From contig NW_027266341.1 of the NCBI RefSeq assembly GCF_022045235.1, positions 56,358,001 to 56,422,000 on the forward strand: DNA of 64,000 bases, written 5' to 3'. This DNA comes from Haliotis cracherodii (lineage: Eukaryota). Below, piece by piece: positions 1 through 14,119 of the stretch (its first letter is position 1; the number at the start of each line of letters is the position of its first letter). The position numbers were made by a program, and so were the translations under genes. Below the pieces are notes generated by a model. It did not search any database, had not been told where the DNA came from, and saw only the letters and a list, made by a program, of their open reading frames with translations.

Positions 1-1329
1 CCGAATAGGTTTATTGGTGTCAAGTATGATATTGGTAGTTTCTTTGGTTGGCTGAACCCCATTCCAGCCTTAAGAGTTATCTTTCCATCTACATGGATCT
101 GGTGTTTGAAGTAAATTATCGCTTGTGCAGAGTATGAAAGACTGTATCGTAATGCTATAGATAAAACCTAGCTCTAAATATTAAAATCGTGACGAGTTTT
201 TATATATTTCAACTATCCCCCAGAAAGTCTCAAAAAGACTGCCGGGTAGAAGAAAGAATAATACCTTGTTTGATGGTTGCTAAAAATGAAACACGAAATG
301 GTTATTCATGGCTTCACTGTTGATATCCGTATTTGAGTTGATGCTTCATTCTTGATATTGTTCCACTACACGTTTGGGTGATCTTTTTTATTACAATGTT
401 AGTTTTTCGTGTATGATGTGTCATTTAAATTTTACATGGATGGATTTTCTTCTGTGTCGTTTTCAAATGTTACTGTGACAGTCATCGTGACCTACACGCA
501 CTACGGTTACTGCAGAACGGATGACAATACTAGAAGTGTATATGTATACAATAACGCGATTGATTTTTATACACACACATAGTAGCCTTTTAAAAAGGAG
601 AATATTAACACTTTCACTTCAAATTAGATCCCAAATCTTAACATGCATACAGATCATGTCTATCCATTGTTTTATTTTGCTTGAGTATTTTTTTTACTAA
701 TTTCTCAAATGCACATTCATGAACAAAACGAAAACACTAATGCCAGTTGAAAATACATAACATTGGATAAAGTTAATTTTGTCTTTCCAGCTTTAAAAAA
801 TGGATTGGTGTCTTTGTCCCAAGAGGATAAATATTTGAATCGTTGTGTGGCAATCTTCTTTAATGCTGTCGTGGAAGCCCTGAACGTGTGTTATTTGTGC
901 AGGGAAAGCATGGTGCGATGTCTATGCAGACGCTGCGAAAAGGATTTAAAGAGTTGAAACATACGATAAATGTGTCTAGGTATTTGTTGGAATGTGTGGA
1001 TTTCGCAATTGACGATACAGGAGAATGAAGCATTAGAAATTGACGCTTCTTATTCCTTGTCTTACATAATATATGTATTTGTGTATGTGATGATACATCT
1101 ACTTCTTAAGACCACCACAAGCATATGACATTAAACAAAACGAAGGTAAATGACATCAGGTTCAAACAAATATTGAAATATATTATTAGAATTATAAAAA
1201 AAACATAGATGAAGTTTTTAATAAAATGACAATCATGTCAACAGAATCAAACTCAGATGTATAATTCTTGTTTTAGCTATAACAGTTTGATGATTAAATT
1301 CTCTGACTAATGGCACAACAAACGTTGAG

Positions 1330-1458
1330 TTACGCAACTGATCACACATTCTCTTATATGATGGGGTCACGTGATACATATGTAGCGGTGAAACTAAGGG
1401 GTAAAGATCAAGCTAAGGAGGTATATATGAAGGCAGCACCACAGTGATGGTATCAGTC
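1330..1458 (+). promoter_or_regulatory. Gene 1 proximal promoter (bZIP-like site, E-box, TATA, Inr)
   Basis: TTACGCAA 1330-1337, TCACGTGA 1367-1374, TATA 1422, TCAGTC 1453; all conserved upstream of gene 2. Confidence 0.7.
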
Positions 1459-1498
1459 ATCTCAACACTGGTGTATCGTCTAGTCAAGTCTGTTCATC

Positions 1499-1504
1499 AT
1501 GAAG
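1499..1504 (+). CDS. Gene 1 coding micro-exon (Met-Lys)
   Basis: catcATGAAG|gtaaga donor at 1505; TATATAT at 1422, Inr-like TCAGTC at 1453-1458; splices in phase 0 to 2304. Confidence 0.88.
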
Positions 1505-2303
1505 GTAAGATACCATCAACCGATATAGTCATATTAACATCTTGTCTCTCAGTCAAGTTTGATGTGTTTCAATACACGACACTATTTGTCCTAATTGAAT
1601 TAATTTCAATTCTTAACTAAAACTACTTGTCACAATTTTACTGTTTAGTGGATGTGTGTATGTTGTAGCATTTCAATTTTACATGTATACATTTTCTTCT
1701 CTATCGTTTTCAAATATTACTGCGATGCACTACGGTTACTGCAGAACGTATGACAACTCTGTAATTGTAAATATACACACATATTGTAGCTTTTCAGAAA
1801 AGAGAGAATTAAAACTTTCACTTCAAATTGGACCCCCAATCTAAAAATGTACATTGGACTTGTCTATCAACTGTTTTATTTTACTTGAGTAGCATTAGTA
1901 ATTTCTCAAATGCACATACATGAATATAACGAGTACACTAATACCAGTTGAAAATACATAACACTGGTTACAGGTTATTTTTCTCTTGGCGGCATAAAAA
2001 AACTGGATTGGTGTCTTTGTCCCAAGAGGGTAAATGTTTAGATCGTTGTGTGTCAATCTTCTATCATTCTGTCGTTGAAACCTTGAACATGTGTTGGTCT
2101 GTGCAAAGAAACCGACAAAGAATATAACCGTTAAAGAGTGAGCGAGTTATAATGGAGGCTCACACCGTCATTAATTCTATATTTTGACCATGCAGAAACG
2201 ATGATAGGGATATTGTTAATGTGACCATCTACATTTGAATAAAGGTGTTTAAAGTTTCAAATTTTCAGCTCTAATGTATTTCTAATGTATTTCTTACATT
2301 CAG

Positions 2304-3104
2304 GCCATCATCGCTGCTTTGTCCGTGCTAGTAGCTTCTGCCTGGGCACAGGTGCCCTTCGGAACTGGATCCTTTGGAGTTGGCACTGTCGGTGTTGCTG
2401 GTACAGGCTATGGTTACAACCCATACAACAAGAACCATGGTTACAACAACTATGGCTACGGTATAGGCGTTGGGAAAGTCGTCGTTGCCGGTCCCTTCGT
2501 TGCTGGCCATGGAGTTGGTCTTGTAGGACACGGACCTTTCGTTGGTCATGCTGGTTCATTCGCAGGAAACGGACCCTTTGTTGCTGGAAAGGGACACGGT
2601 TATGGCTACAACACCTACAATGGAGTAGGGAATGGAGTTGGTCTTGTAAGAAAAGGTCTCCTTGGACACACCGGACACGGCCTCGCAGGGCCTATCGCAG
2701 CCGGACACGGTGTTGCCGGTCAGGGACATGGATACGGCTACAACCCCTACAACAACAACTACGGCTACGGTAAGAACGTCGGACATGGAGCTGGTCTTGT
2801 AGGAAATGGATTAACTGGACATGGACCTTTCGTCGGACACGGAGTTACCGGACACGGCCTCTCGGGACCTATCGCAGCCGGACACGGTGTTGCCGGTCAG
2901 GGACATGGTAACGGCTACAACCCCTACAACAGCAACTACGGCTACGGTAAGAACGTCGGACATGGAGCTGGTCTTGTAGGAAATGGATTTGCTGGACATG
3001 GACCTTTCGTCGGACACGGCGTTTATGGACATGGTGGACCCTTTGTTGGTCATGGAGTTGCTGGGTCCTTCGTCGGCAAAGCCAGTCCCTATTATTACAA
3101 CTAG
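2304..3104 (+). CDS. Gene 1 main exon: secreted Gly/His/Tyr-rich structural protein, 268 aa; join(1499..1504,2304..3104)
   Basis: ttcttacattcag acceptor. Spliced N-terminus MKAIIAALSVLVASAWA|QVPF reads as a signal peptide. GHG, GPFV and GYGYNPYNNNYGYGK modules; ends ASPYYYN; AATAAA 3182-3187. Confidence 0.92.
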   Translation, partial: AIIAALSVLVASAWAQVPFGTGSFGVGTVGVAGTGYGYNPYNKNHGYNNYGYGIGVGKVVVAGPFVAGHGVGLVGHGPFVGHAGSFAGNGPFVAGKGHGYGYNTYNGVGNGVGLVRKGLLGHTGHGLAGPIAAGHGVAGQGHGYGYNPYNNNYGYGKNVGHGAGLVGNGLTGHGPFVGHGVTGHGLSGPIAAGHGVAGQGHGNGYNPYNSNYGYGKNVGHGAGLVGNGFAGHGPFVGHGVYGHGGPFVGHGVAGSFVGKASPYYYN

Positions 3105-3257
3105 AGGCGTATGCTTGTTATGCCTGATGTATGAGTGTTTTTGTACTTTATTGATATTTTTGTATCAATTAACGAATGGGCAATAAATCTGTATTATTAA
3201 ATGATTGTGTATATTTTGGTCGTTGTATTACATGTAACGAATATTGTATAGAAATTG

Positions 3258-3641
3258 TCCCCTGGCCGCGTCATGCCAGAAGACTTTAAAAGTTACGCTG
3301 ATAAAACAAGGACTGGTCGGTTCAGAGTCAGTAAAATATTTCTGAGTGGGTATTCATGTTAAACTGTGGCATGATATCTCAGCGGGCTAGCACTATGAAA
3401 TCGGCATCAGTCAGGACTAGTACAAGTAGCCACACACACACACTTCTTCGCTTCTAATACCACATTCGCCCTGATTACGTTTCTATCTTTGTCAACACCG
3501 TACCTCGATCTATTGGTTGGTTTCAATAAAGTGGTAAACGTCTGAGACCTGCATCACTTCAGGCGTTCTTCCACATCAAGCTGACACGCCGAGACATAAC
3601 AGAAATACTTTTCAATGCGGTATTTAACTCACTCACTCACT
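3258..3641 (+). mobile_element. Truncated SINE family A fragment followed by SINE family B 3' fragment
   Basis: Matches the body of the full copy at 62842-63193 and the 3' half of the copy at 59440-59720; ends in (TCAC)n. Confidence 0.7.
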
Positions 3642-3809
3642 AAATGTAAAGTCATGTGTTAAAAATCGGGGAATATATTCCGATGTCGAGACATGTAACA
3701 TTGGTGTACGCCAAGGCTGTATTCTTAGCCCCTTCGGGTTCTGTTCTTTCATCAATGAACTGGCTACACAAATTAAGGATAATTGTACGGATGGTATACA
3801 GCTGCATCC

Positions 3810-5035
3810 AGATATTGTTCAGATACTTCTGTTGCTTTTTGCTAATTATATAGTTCTGTTCTATAGTACGATAAAAGGTTTACAGAATTTTGATAGGTCA
3901 ACTGGAGCTGTACTGTCCTAATTGTAAACTCCAAGTGAACACCGAGAAAATGAAAGTGTTAGTTTTTAAAAAAGGGGAATAACCTATCAAGTAGGGGGAA
4001 ATGGTTCTTCAGCTCACAACCGTTTCAAATTGTCACTTCTTATAAATATCTTGGAGTAACCTTCACAGGCAGATTATCGTGGAATTACCACACCAATAAT
4101 ACAGCAATGCAGACAAAAAAAAGATACTAAAGGGAATCTTACATAGTTCAAAACCTTTCCCTGATGTTTTATATGAAACCTTTTTTTCTAAATATTTGAT
4201 ACAACAATTTCTCCAATATTTTTTTATTGAGCAGAGGTCTGGGGTCATACTGAATACAGAACTATTGAACTGGTCCATCTACATGCTTGTAAACCCTTCC
4301 TTGGCATAAAAACTGTACATCGGGTGTTGTCAACGTTTACCACTTTACATATTTCAACATATTAGAATTCCCAAGTATTGGTTCAAGATTCTTAAAATGC
4401 CTATTGACAGATTACCTAGAAAAGGTTATAATATTTTGTTATTGTATATAAAACATGGAATCCGCAACTAGGTATATGATGTAAAGTCGTTATTAAATGA
4501 ATGCGGCTGTGGGTATGTTTGGCATAATTAATGTGTACCTAACAATCCAGATTCGTTTTTAGTACCTATACGCCAAAGGATTAAGGATATATACTTACAA
4601 AAATGGTCATCGCATGTTTTAAGGTCAGAAAAATGCAATTATTACAAGCTTTTTAGGACAACTATTTACCCAGAATACTGTTTATTTGATATCAATTTTA
4701 AAAGATGTAGAATAAGTATAGCACAATTTAGATGCAGCTCCCGGATAATTGAGAATATGTGAGCAATGCGGTTTAAATGTGATTGAAGATGAGTTTTATT
4801 TTCTGTTAGTTTGTCCAAAATACGACCACCTAAGAAGAAAATATATGCCTTTTTATGTACATCCCACTCAACAACAAAATATATCGATCATGTCAACAAT
4901 TGATAAAAATACTCAATGTTCATTTATCATGCAATGTCAATTAGAATATGACCTGTTAAACGGATGTGTAACCACCCCGAAAACAGAATTGTACTGTGGG
5001 CCTGAGGCCTTTCAGTATGGAATAAAACTTATTCT
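3810..5035 (+). mobile_element. Degenerate non-LTR retrotransposon (LINE) ORF2 3' part
   Basis: Frameshifted remnants VNTEKMKVLVFKKG and YKYLGV (late RT region), and CEQC..EDEFYFLLVCPKY (zinc-knuckle-like C-terminus); ends near AATAAA. Confidence 0.75.
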
Positions 5036-5901
5036 TAACCCTCACTATAACCAGTTGCATTTGTAAAAACACTGCATTTTGTAACCAATAGTTGTGCATG
5101 TCATTATTTCTAAATACCTACCGACGATGATTAAGGAAGAAATATGTTTCTATCAATATACATTTGTATGCTTCCGCGGTGATGCGGACGTTAATCAGCT
5201 GTTTATCCGTATTAGCACGGTTTAAATATCAAGTAACACAACCAAGCGTGAGCCAATTTCAAGTCGTGCGAGGGAGTGAATTGGCAATACATCACCATTC
5301 AAGTAATATCAAGGCGGGGACAAGAAGCTTCAGGTATTGTACTCACACAAACAAGTGACTGAAAACATAAGCAAAGTCCATGTTACCTGGCATGATGACT
5401 CGCAATCAGCCAAACAGTGCATGACCACCCGATATTTTTTATATAATGAATTCGACTCTTACGACAGATACTGGGGATATTTTCTACCCGGAATAGCCGC
5501 GAGGTCCCTGTTATATAAAACGTCGACATATGTGTCAGTCATACGACAGGCCGACGGAAACAACGTTTTGGGATTACGGAAATATTATCTCGACCGTAAA
5601 CGCACAATACATATACAGTCAACTTTGATATGTCGAATTCATGGTTTTCTCGCAGTAAAAAATATGATCACTGCATATTCCTTCTTTATTTATCATTTTC
5701 AGTTGTGTCGAACCTAGCTCATAACATTTATGTAGGTCCCTTCACCTTCGACACTTCGACACAACGCTGTTTGACTGCATGTATGCCCTATCTACCTTGC
5801 ACAAACAATCCTACTTCTGGAATATCTCTTTTATTATAGTTGGTACCCTTTTAAAAGGACGTAGACCACAAACGTTACTATGTTTCTATTTAATATCTCG
5901 A

Positions 5902-6219
5902 AGGGGTTATAGTGGATAGAGCCTCTGCCCGGAGAGCGGAATGTCGATAGTTCGATTTCCTGACTGCGTCAAACCAAAAGACGTTAAAAGTCGGTACTTT
6001 TTGCCCTATCTGAAGCTGGGCATGTAATGAATGAAACAGGACTTGTCGAGCTTGAGTCAGTATGACGTGTCTGAGTGGAGTATCCGTGTTACACTGCGTC
6101 ATGGTATCTCAGTACGAGTGGTCTAACCTATAAAAACTGGCACAAGTCTGCACTTGTACAAGCAGCCACACATGTGCATGCACGTCGTGAACGTGACGTT
6201 AGAAACTCATTTCACCTCA
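5902..6219 (+). mobile_element. Diverged SINE family A copy
   Basis: tRNA-like head, ACCAAAAGACGTTAAAAG core, CATTTCACCTCA tail. Confidence 0.75.
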
Positions 6220-7499
6220 ACTGGGCTCCGATACTCCTAAAGAACTTCATATGTAGAAATAATACATCCTTCATTGATTTGGATGTGAAATTGAAATCCA
6301 TTTGGGTAATTTTGTACATCAACGACTTGCAATGAAACTTGAAATCATGAAGATCACGCTCTATCATATTCATTGGAAGAGGTTCTGTTAAATTGTTATT
6401 TGCAAATGCCGATAATATTTTTCGCGGCATTTAAATTTTGTTTTATTTTTCATGGCAACAAATATTACTATAAAACAATGAAAGAGACAACCTCACCTTT
6501 CTTTCACGATACAACCCTATATGTCGCCCATATCTCAGGATAAAAGTATTGACGAATGCTCGAAGGCCATAAAACAACACATGCACCGTGTTAAGTATTT
6601 GATAACTAAGTCAAGTAATCATGTAAACTGTAGCGATAGCCTGACTAGACGACCAGCTCCTAGGATACCCCCACCCAAAAGGACCTCTTTAACCAAAGCC
6701 GAGATCAAGATTGTTCGTCGGGTAAAAATATACATACACTAATTGGTTGTTTCACACTTGAATATAATAACAGTACACGATTGTATAAGCGATGGAAGAA
6801 AATGTCCTTATAACAGCTATCATATTAGCATCCTTTCTGACGATCAGTATATATCCAAAATTCACACAAATTGTGAGTTTCATGTACGTGATATTTCAAT
6901 AGAGGCATGAATGGGTACAGACGGGTCAATCTTCCCGATTTGTATGGCAAAGTGTTATATTTCATAGTCATTCACATTTGCATACTTAAACAATTCAATA
7001 ATCGCTTATTATCATCCATTTTTGGGGTTACTCAATTCAATCATCAATTGTTGGCATTTAATACATCAAAACGAATACATTCAACGCAACGTTTATGGGA
7101 TATTTCATTAAAGTAATTATAGACCATTCAAGTCGAAACTGATGCTGTGAATTTGAATATCTTCATGTGTACCACATCACATTAAAGATTTAAGCCTGTG
7201 GATATGGTCTCGACACCGAGGGCAGTCCCAATAGAATCGAGCGTATTGACCCGGGCGAGGAATCTATCCCACGTCATCAAAAGTTTACTCAAAATTGAGC
7301 ACATTTTTTAAGAATGTATTATAGAATATAATGACCATGAAAAGTTTAAACCAAAGTTTATATCAAACATTCGATTTAATATATATTTTTACTTTCTTAA
7401 CTTAACTTGACTTAACTTAACTTAAAACCATTGTTTGTGTACGTTTCATCACAAGATAACCTCCGCTTTGTCAGAGAGCATTTAAAAGCACGGTAAAAC

Positions 7500-7588
7500 A
7501 ACTACTAGTACTACCACTGCAATTACCTCTACTACTATTAGAGCTACTACTACTACTACTACATGTACTGCTGCTTCTACTACTACAG
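7500..7588. repeat. Imperfect (CTA)n microsatellite
   Basis: Visible ctactacta runs. Confidence 0.7.
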
Positions 7589-9494
7589 CATGTTGCCTCC
7601 AGTTGGTATTGGAACCACCCATGTAAAAACAAATAAATAAATTGTCTTGTTTTTATTTGCAAACATTTTTTAAAATTTGAATATGGATTAGGATTGGCGT
7701 GGGGCCAATGGCCAGCAGTTGCTGGCAAGTAGCACCCTAGCTGTGTTGCAGATCTAGAATCTATATCAAATAATTCATTCGTATGCAATTAAGTGAAGGC
7801 TTAGATATAACTAAAGTTCAGTTAAAGGTCAAACTCAACCCTTGAAAGTATCAAACTTGTGTGTGAAAAAACTGAATAGGTTTATTGGTGTCAAGTATGA
7901 TATTGGTAGTTACTTTGGTTGGTTGAACCCTATTCCAGCCTCCAGTGTTATCTTGCCACCTATATTGATCGGGAGTTTGGAGTAACTATCGCTTGTGCAG
8001 ATTATGAAAAGTTAGAAATGTCAAGACTGTATCTTAATGTTATTGTTAAAACCAAGTTCTATATATCAAAATCGTGACGAGTTTTTATATATCACAACTT
8101 TCACCCAGAAAGTCTGAAAATGACATTAACTGCCTGGCAGAAAAAAATATACTCCCTTGTTTGATGGTGGCTAAATATGACACAAAAAATGTTTATTCAT
8201 TGCTTCACTGTTGATAACCTTATAGGAGTAGATGCTTCATTCTTGATATTATTGTTGATGTTGATGTTGATGTTTTGTATGTTCGACTTTACTTAGGTTA
8301 ATGTGACTTGAGACTAAACAGTTTGTGGTCATTCTTTTCATGAAAAGCAATTAGGACACTTCTAACATGTTTATCACACTTTTATTGTTAAATGTATGTG
8401 TGTATGTTGAGTCATTTGAATTTTGCATGCATGCATTATATATAATTAAATTTTTCTTCTGTGTCGTGTTACTGCGACTGTCATCGTGAACTACACGCAC
8501 TACGGATACTGCAAAACGGATGGCAATACTATAATTGTAAATGTTTACAATAACGCAATTGATTTTTATACACACCTATTGTAGCCTTTTAAAAAGAGAA
8601 TATTAACACCTTCACTTCACCTTTGGATCTCCAATCTAAAAACCCACATTGAACTTGTCACTCAACTGTTTTATTTTAATTTCTCACACGAATATACATG
8701 AATAACACGAACACATGAATAGCAGTTGAAAATACATAACAATGAGTTATTTCTTTCTTGCCAGCATAAAAAAACTAGATTGGCGTCTTTGTCCCAAGAG
8801 GATACATATTTGGATCGTTGTGTGTCAATCTTCTTTCATTCTGTCGTGGAAGCCCTGAACGTGTGTTGGCTGTGCAAGAAAAGCGTAATGCAAGGTCTGA
8901 GCAGACGCTGCAAAAGAAATTATGGCGTTGGAACCTACGATACATGTGTCTAGCTATGTCAGGGAATGTGTGGATTTCGCTTATGACGATACAGGTGTAT
9001 GAAGCATTTGAAATTGACGCCTCTTATCCCCTGTCTTACATAATATATGTATCTATGTATGTAATGATCCCTCAACATCTTAAGACTACTACAATCATAG
9101 TTCTGATTAGCATGCCTATCTTTCCGCTAAAGGGAGATATGACAGTAAACAAAGCGAATATAACTGAATTATGGCTAAAACAAATATTGAAATATTTTAT
9201 TAGTGTTAAAAAAAATATCATATATATTTGTCAATAAAATCAAAATCATGTCGGCAGACTCAAAATGAGAGGTATTGTTGCAGCTGAATTCTGATGAATG
9301 GCACAACGAACGTTGAGTTACGCAACTGTTCACATATTCGCTTAAACGATGGGGTCACGTGATACATATGTAGCGATATAACTAAGGGGTAAAGATCACG
9401 TGACCCTTCTGAGGATGTATATAAGGAGGCAGCACCACTGTTGTAGTATCAGTCATCTGAACACTGGTATAACGTCTAGTCAAGTCTGTTCATC

Positions 9495-9500
9495 ATGAAG
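9495..9500 (+). CDS. Gene 2 coding micro-exon (Met-Lys)
   Basis: catcATGAAG|gtaaga; TATATAA 9418-9424, TCAGTC 9449-9454, TCACGTGA at 9355 and 9396. Confidence 0.88.
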
Positions 9501-10671
9501 GTAAGATACCATTATACTGATACAGTCATACACACATCTAATGTAGTCTTTCGTTCAAGTTTGAAGCGTTTAAATACACGACACTGTTTGTTTTAATTCA
9601 ATTAATTTCAAAGTTTAACCAAAAATAGTTGTCTAACTGGGGGAGGATAATTAAGTATCCTAAGGTAAACCAAAGCAAGAGGCAGCACAGATGTGATTTT
9701 CAGTGATGTAGGTTGGTTAAACTTATGACAAGGAAAGAAAAGGAAAACCTGTAACAATCAATTGATTTGTATTTGATGTACAATGAAATCTCCAGAATCT
9801 GTATACAGTTTTGATTAAGGAATCATGGGATTGGCATAATATGACTTTGTTTACATCTAAGGGACCCACCTTATATTCTACAACCATCTTATATTAGTAG
9901 TTTGGATGGGGGGTGAGGGGGGTGTCTGGGATTTTGGTCAGAGATAGGATCTATTTTGGGAATTGGCTTAAAATGCGAATCTTCTCCGTGAAAACAATAT
10001 TTTTAGGACATCTAGCAAGTTTGGCGAACCCCTTTATCTATTTTAGTAAAACCTGATGAACCGATCATGTTTTTTTCGGGAAACAATTGTGTGTTAAAAA
10101 ACCCGAACGGATACAACCATGTTTGATGGCAGCTAAAAAGGAAACAAAAAAGGAATGGTTAATCGACGGTGGTTTATTTGATACGCGTATGATAGTTTTG
10201 TTTTGGACTTCACGTTTGCAGTGTTTCGGCGACTGTTTGAAGCCTAGTAACGTTTGATTAATGTTTGTAATTTTTTGTCAAATCCAATTTTTGATGGTAT
10301 CCTTTCATTTGGTCTGCATTGTGTTATGATATTAGTTACTAAGATCGAGGATGCTAAGTTCACATATTGGGTGCATTTGCTTACAAAGGGGTAAACAATG
10401 GGACAAAACACTTTCCATAATCGAATAGAAATATCTGCATAAAGCAGAATCGAATGTACAATTCCGATAATATGAATTTATAATTCGTGCTAAATCACAG
10501 CTCTTATGTATAACCGACACAAGTTATAATCGAAACTCACATCGTCATTAATTAATCCATATTGTGACCATGTGGAAACGATGTTATGGATGTAGTTATT
10601 TTGACTATCTACATTTGCGTGACGGTGTTTAAAGTTTCAAATTTTCACCATAATGTAATTCTTATATTCAG

Positions 10672-11283
10672 GGAGTCATCGCTGCGTTGTCTGTGCTAGT
10701 CGCTTCTGCCTGGGCACAGGTGCCCTTCGGAACTCGATCTTTCGGAGTCGGCACTGTCGGTGTTGCTGGTACAGGCTATGGCTACAACCCATACAACAGC
10801 AACCATGGTTACAACAACTATGGCTACGGTAAAGGCGTTGGGAAAGTCGGTGTTGCCGGTCCCTTCGTTGCTGGACATGGAGTTGGTCTTGTAGGACACG
10901 GACCTTTCGTTGGTCATTCTGGTTCATTCGCAGGAAACGGACCTTTCGTTGCTGGAAAGGGACACGGCTACGGCTACAACTCCTACAATGGAGTTGGTCT
11001 TGTAGGAAATGGACTCCTTGGACGCAACGGACACGGCCTCGCAGGACCCCTCGCAGTCGGACACGGTGTTGCAGGTCAGGGACATGGCTATGGTTACAAC
11101 CCCTACAACAACAACTACGGCTACGTTAAGAACGTCGGACATGGAGCTGGTCTTGTAGGAAATGGATTTGCTGGGCATGAACCTTTCGTCGGACACGGCG
11201 TTTATGGACATGGTGGAGCTTTTGTTGGTCATGGAGTTGCTGGGTCCTTCGTCGGCAAAGCCAGTCCCTATTACTACCACTAG
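10672..11283 (+). CDS. Gene 2 main exon: secreted Gly/His/Tyr-rich protein, 205 aa, recent paralog of gene 1; join(9495..9500,10672..11283)
   Basis: cttatattcag acceptor; MKGVIAALSVLVASAWA|QVPF; near-identical to gene 1 but lacks a 59-aa duplication and one NGVG; AATAAA 11363-11368. Confidence 0.92.
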   Translation, partial: GVIAALSVLVASAWAQVPFGTRSFGVGTVGVAGTGYGYNPYNSNHGYNNYGYGKGVGKVGVAGPFVAGHGVGLVGHGPFVGHSGSFAGNGPFVAGKGHGYGYNSYNGVGLVGNGLLGRNGHGLAGPLAVGHGVAGQGHGYGYNPYNNNYGYVKNVGHGAGLVGNGFAGHEPFVGHGVYGHGGAFVGHGVAGSFVGKASPYYYH

Positions 11284-11456
11284 GGACCTACGCTTGTGAT
11301 GCCTGATGTATGAATGTTTTTGTACTTTATTGATATGTTTTTGTATCGATTAACGAATGGGCAATAAATCTGACGTTACATACTTGTTGTATTATTCAAT
11401 CATTCTGTTTACTTTGGTCGTTGTATTACACGTAACGAATTTTGTATAGAAATTGT

Positions 11457-11701
11457 CCCCTGGCCGCGTCATACCAGAAGACTTTGAAATATGGAATTTG
11501 TTGTTACTCCGATAAAACAAGGACTGGTCAGCTGCAGAATATTATTTCTCAGTGGGTATTCATGTACCACATGGTATTTCCGTGGGCTAACACTATAAAA
11601 CCGGCAAAATTCCGTACAAGAAAATGAGTCACACGCATACATGCACGCTCGTCGCGAAGTTAAATAATCTGGTACGCGACGCTAAGCCACATTTCACCTC
11701 A
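11457..11701 (+). mobile_element. 5'-truncated SINE family A, same position relative to gene 2 as the copy after gene 1
   Basis: tcccctggccgcgtcataccagaagac...catttcacctca. Confidence 0.7.
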
Positions 11702-14119
11702 GCTCTAAACAAAAATCTAAATCTCTACACGTACTGGACGTATACGTACACATAGTTAGTTACGTTATGAAACGTTCTCGCTTACAGTCATAAACAACGA
11801 CTCTTGAATTTGTTAAGACACAGACTAGTTTGTCACAAAAAACCTCAGTATTTCGTCCTCAATCAATCTTTAGTCCAGAAATACTGAAAGGCCATAGACC
11901 TGTAGCACATATCTTTATGGATAGTGGGTGGACATTTTGAATTCTACTTATTTAAGTCACTCTTCTTATCACTCTTCTGACATTGATTGCATGGAATATG
12001 TACGCTGTCAAAGGCTTCAGTACATTAATATTTATGGAAAACATTAATTCATTAAACTTAAATATATTTGGTAATTGGTACATTGATGGGTGTAGGTATA
12101 CAATTCGTAAATTCTGATACAATGGACAAATAGATTACACATTTTACATAATCTAATTTCCTTTGGGGTTTCAATTGTGGTTTCAAAAGATATTCTGCAG
12201 TTATAAAATGTGTTTAAACAAACAACACCACTTTTATTTGTATGTACGTATCTTTGAGCCTTTGTGTACACAATTTAACAAAATTTCGTCCTCATTAATA
12301 TACCTTCTGAGCCAAAACAAACTAAAAACAACCAAGGTTACAGTCCTTAAAGGCGCCGCAAACGTGACGGAAACCTATGATCGTGGGTTCTTCTCCAGGA
12401 TTCACCCTGATTATGTTTCTAGATTACTCAGTACCCTGCCTATATTTGAGAGTTTCACAAAAGTGGTAAACGTCTAAGGCCTACATCACTTCGGGCTTTA
12501 CTCACAGACCAGTCTGACACGTCGTCTCACTCACTCAAAATGACGAGTTACCGATGTTGGTCACCCGCCACTTCCACCGTAGTTGTAATTTACTTGTTTT
12601 TATATATTGTGTTATACAGTAGAACGTGAGTCATGGTTTCACCATTCTGAGTAAGATTTGTTTCATAATAACTGTTATACCTGAGTTTTTTCTCAATGAG
12701 TTGGTCACAACTTGTTTAACAATAGGGGTCTTCATATCTGTGAACTTAAACTCGTGTTGAAAAAGTAAAAAACGTAATCGTTCATGTACGAATGTCAAAC
12801 AAGAAACATTTTATGCAAAGTAGATACCGTGAAATGACAGATGCATGTCTCTGGTCTTGTGCTGAATACCCACTGTGACGAAAACCTTGATGCTGTGCAT
12901 CATGAAGGAAATATGAAGATGACAATGCATTAGCACATATTAACAGAGTTCCCCAAATTCAGTTATAATAACTAAACTATTTAAGGAAAAGTGTGGAGGC
13001 CTTACATACAAGCAGAAATGTCCTCTATGACAGTGAACCTTAAGTTCAAAATTTGCGCTGAAATTAAAGTTTCTGAGCCTGAAGCTATGAACTCGGCTTA
13101 TGTACGGAAAATGATCCGAAAAGGGAAGAATATGCCCTAAGATGTTTGTTTTTGTCATATTCATAAGTATTTACTTCTATATTTAACAGTTGGTGTATGA
13201 AGCATTTGTTTTGTAGACTGTTTAAAAAAAAATTAATCAGGGACCTGTGTGTACAGCTTATCGTGTCACAAACAATTGAAATAGACACATTTTTGTGTGC
13301 TAGAATTCCATTTTTTCTGAGAATTTTCTAGGGTACTACGAAAGATCATCTCTAGTACTACATGATGCTTGGCATAATGGTTTTAATGGAAGATTGATAC
13401 TAAAGGTGATTATGAATTTCTGGTTCTAATATTGAATACATACATGTATCATAGAATTTGTTTTGAAACTGATTTGAATAAATTTACTACCTGTAAAAGA
13501 ACTTGCATTTTGTGCATTTCTCCTACGTTACTTGAAATAATCATTACGAAACTTGTTTAATTACATAACTTGAAATAAAATGTGGAAGTGGTATTTTAGC
13601 CATATACTATCACAAAGGTATGTGTCTCATATTGCTGTTTGACTTTATATTTACTTTTAGACAAGTAGAATTATCACTTAATGAGTGGGAAAACAACGTA
13701 TACATCCATATTTGGTGGTAGTTAAAACGAATTGGTTATTCAATGGTGATGTCTTTGATACGGTTTATATAATTGTGTGGACCTTAGGTTTGCAGTTTTT
13801 TCGGTAAATGTCAGCTTAGTCAGCGTTTGATAAAGTTTGTAATATTTTGGTTGAATTTAAAGTGTATACTTTCCTTCGCCCAGCAGTTTAAGTCGCCATC
13901 GTGCGATGATTCTATGATTCGACTGCCATATTCGCCCTGATTTTGATTTATTGTTTGTCCATACCTGTCCTCATGGGTTTCACCCGGGTGGTAAACATGA
14001 GACCTGCATCATTCAGGCATTCATCTCACAGTAAGGTGGCACGCCGAATAACTGAAATACGGTTCAAATAGGCGTTAAACCAAAGTCACTCAAATAACAT
14101 ATGAATAACATGTTCATTT

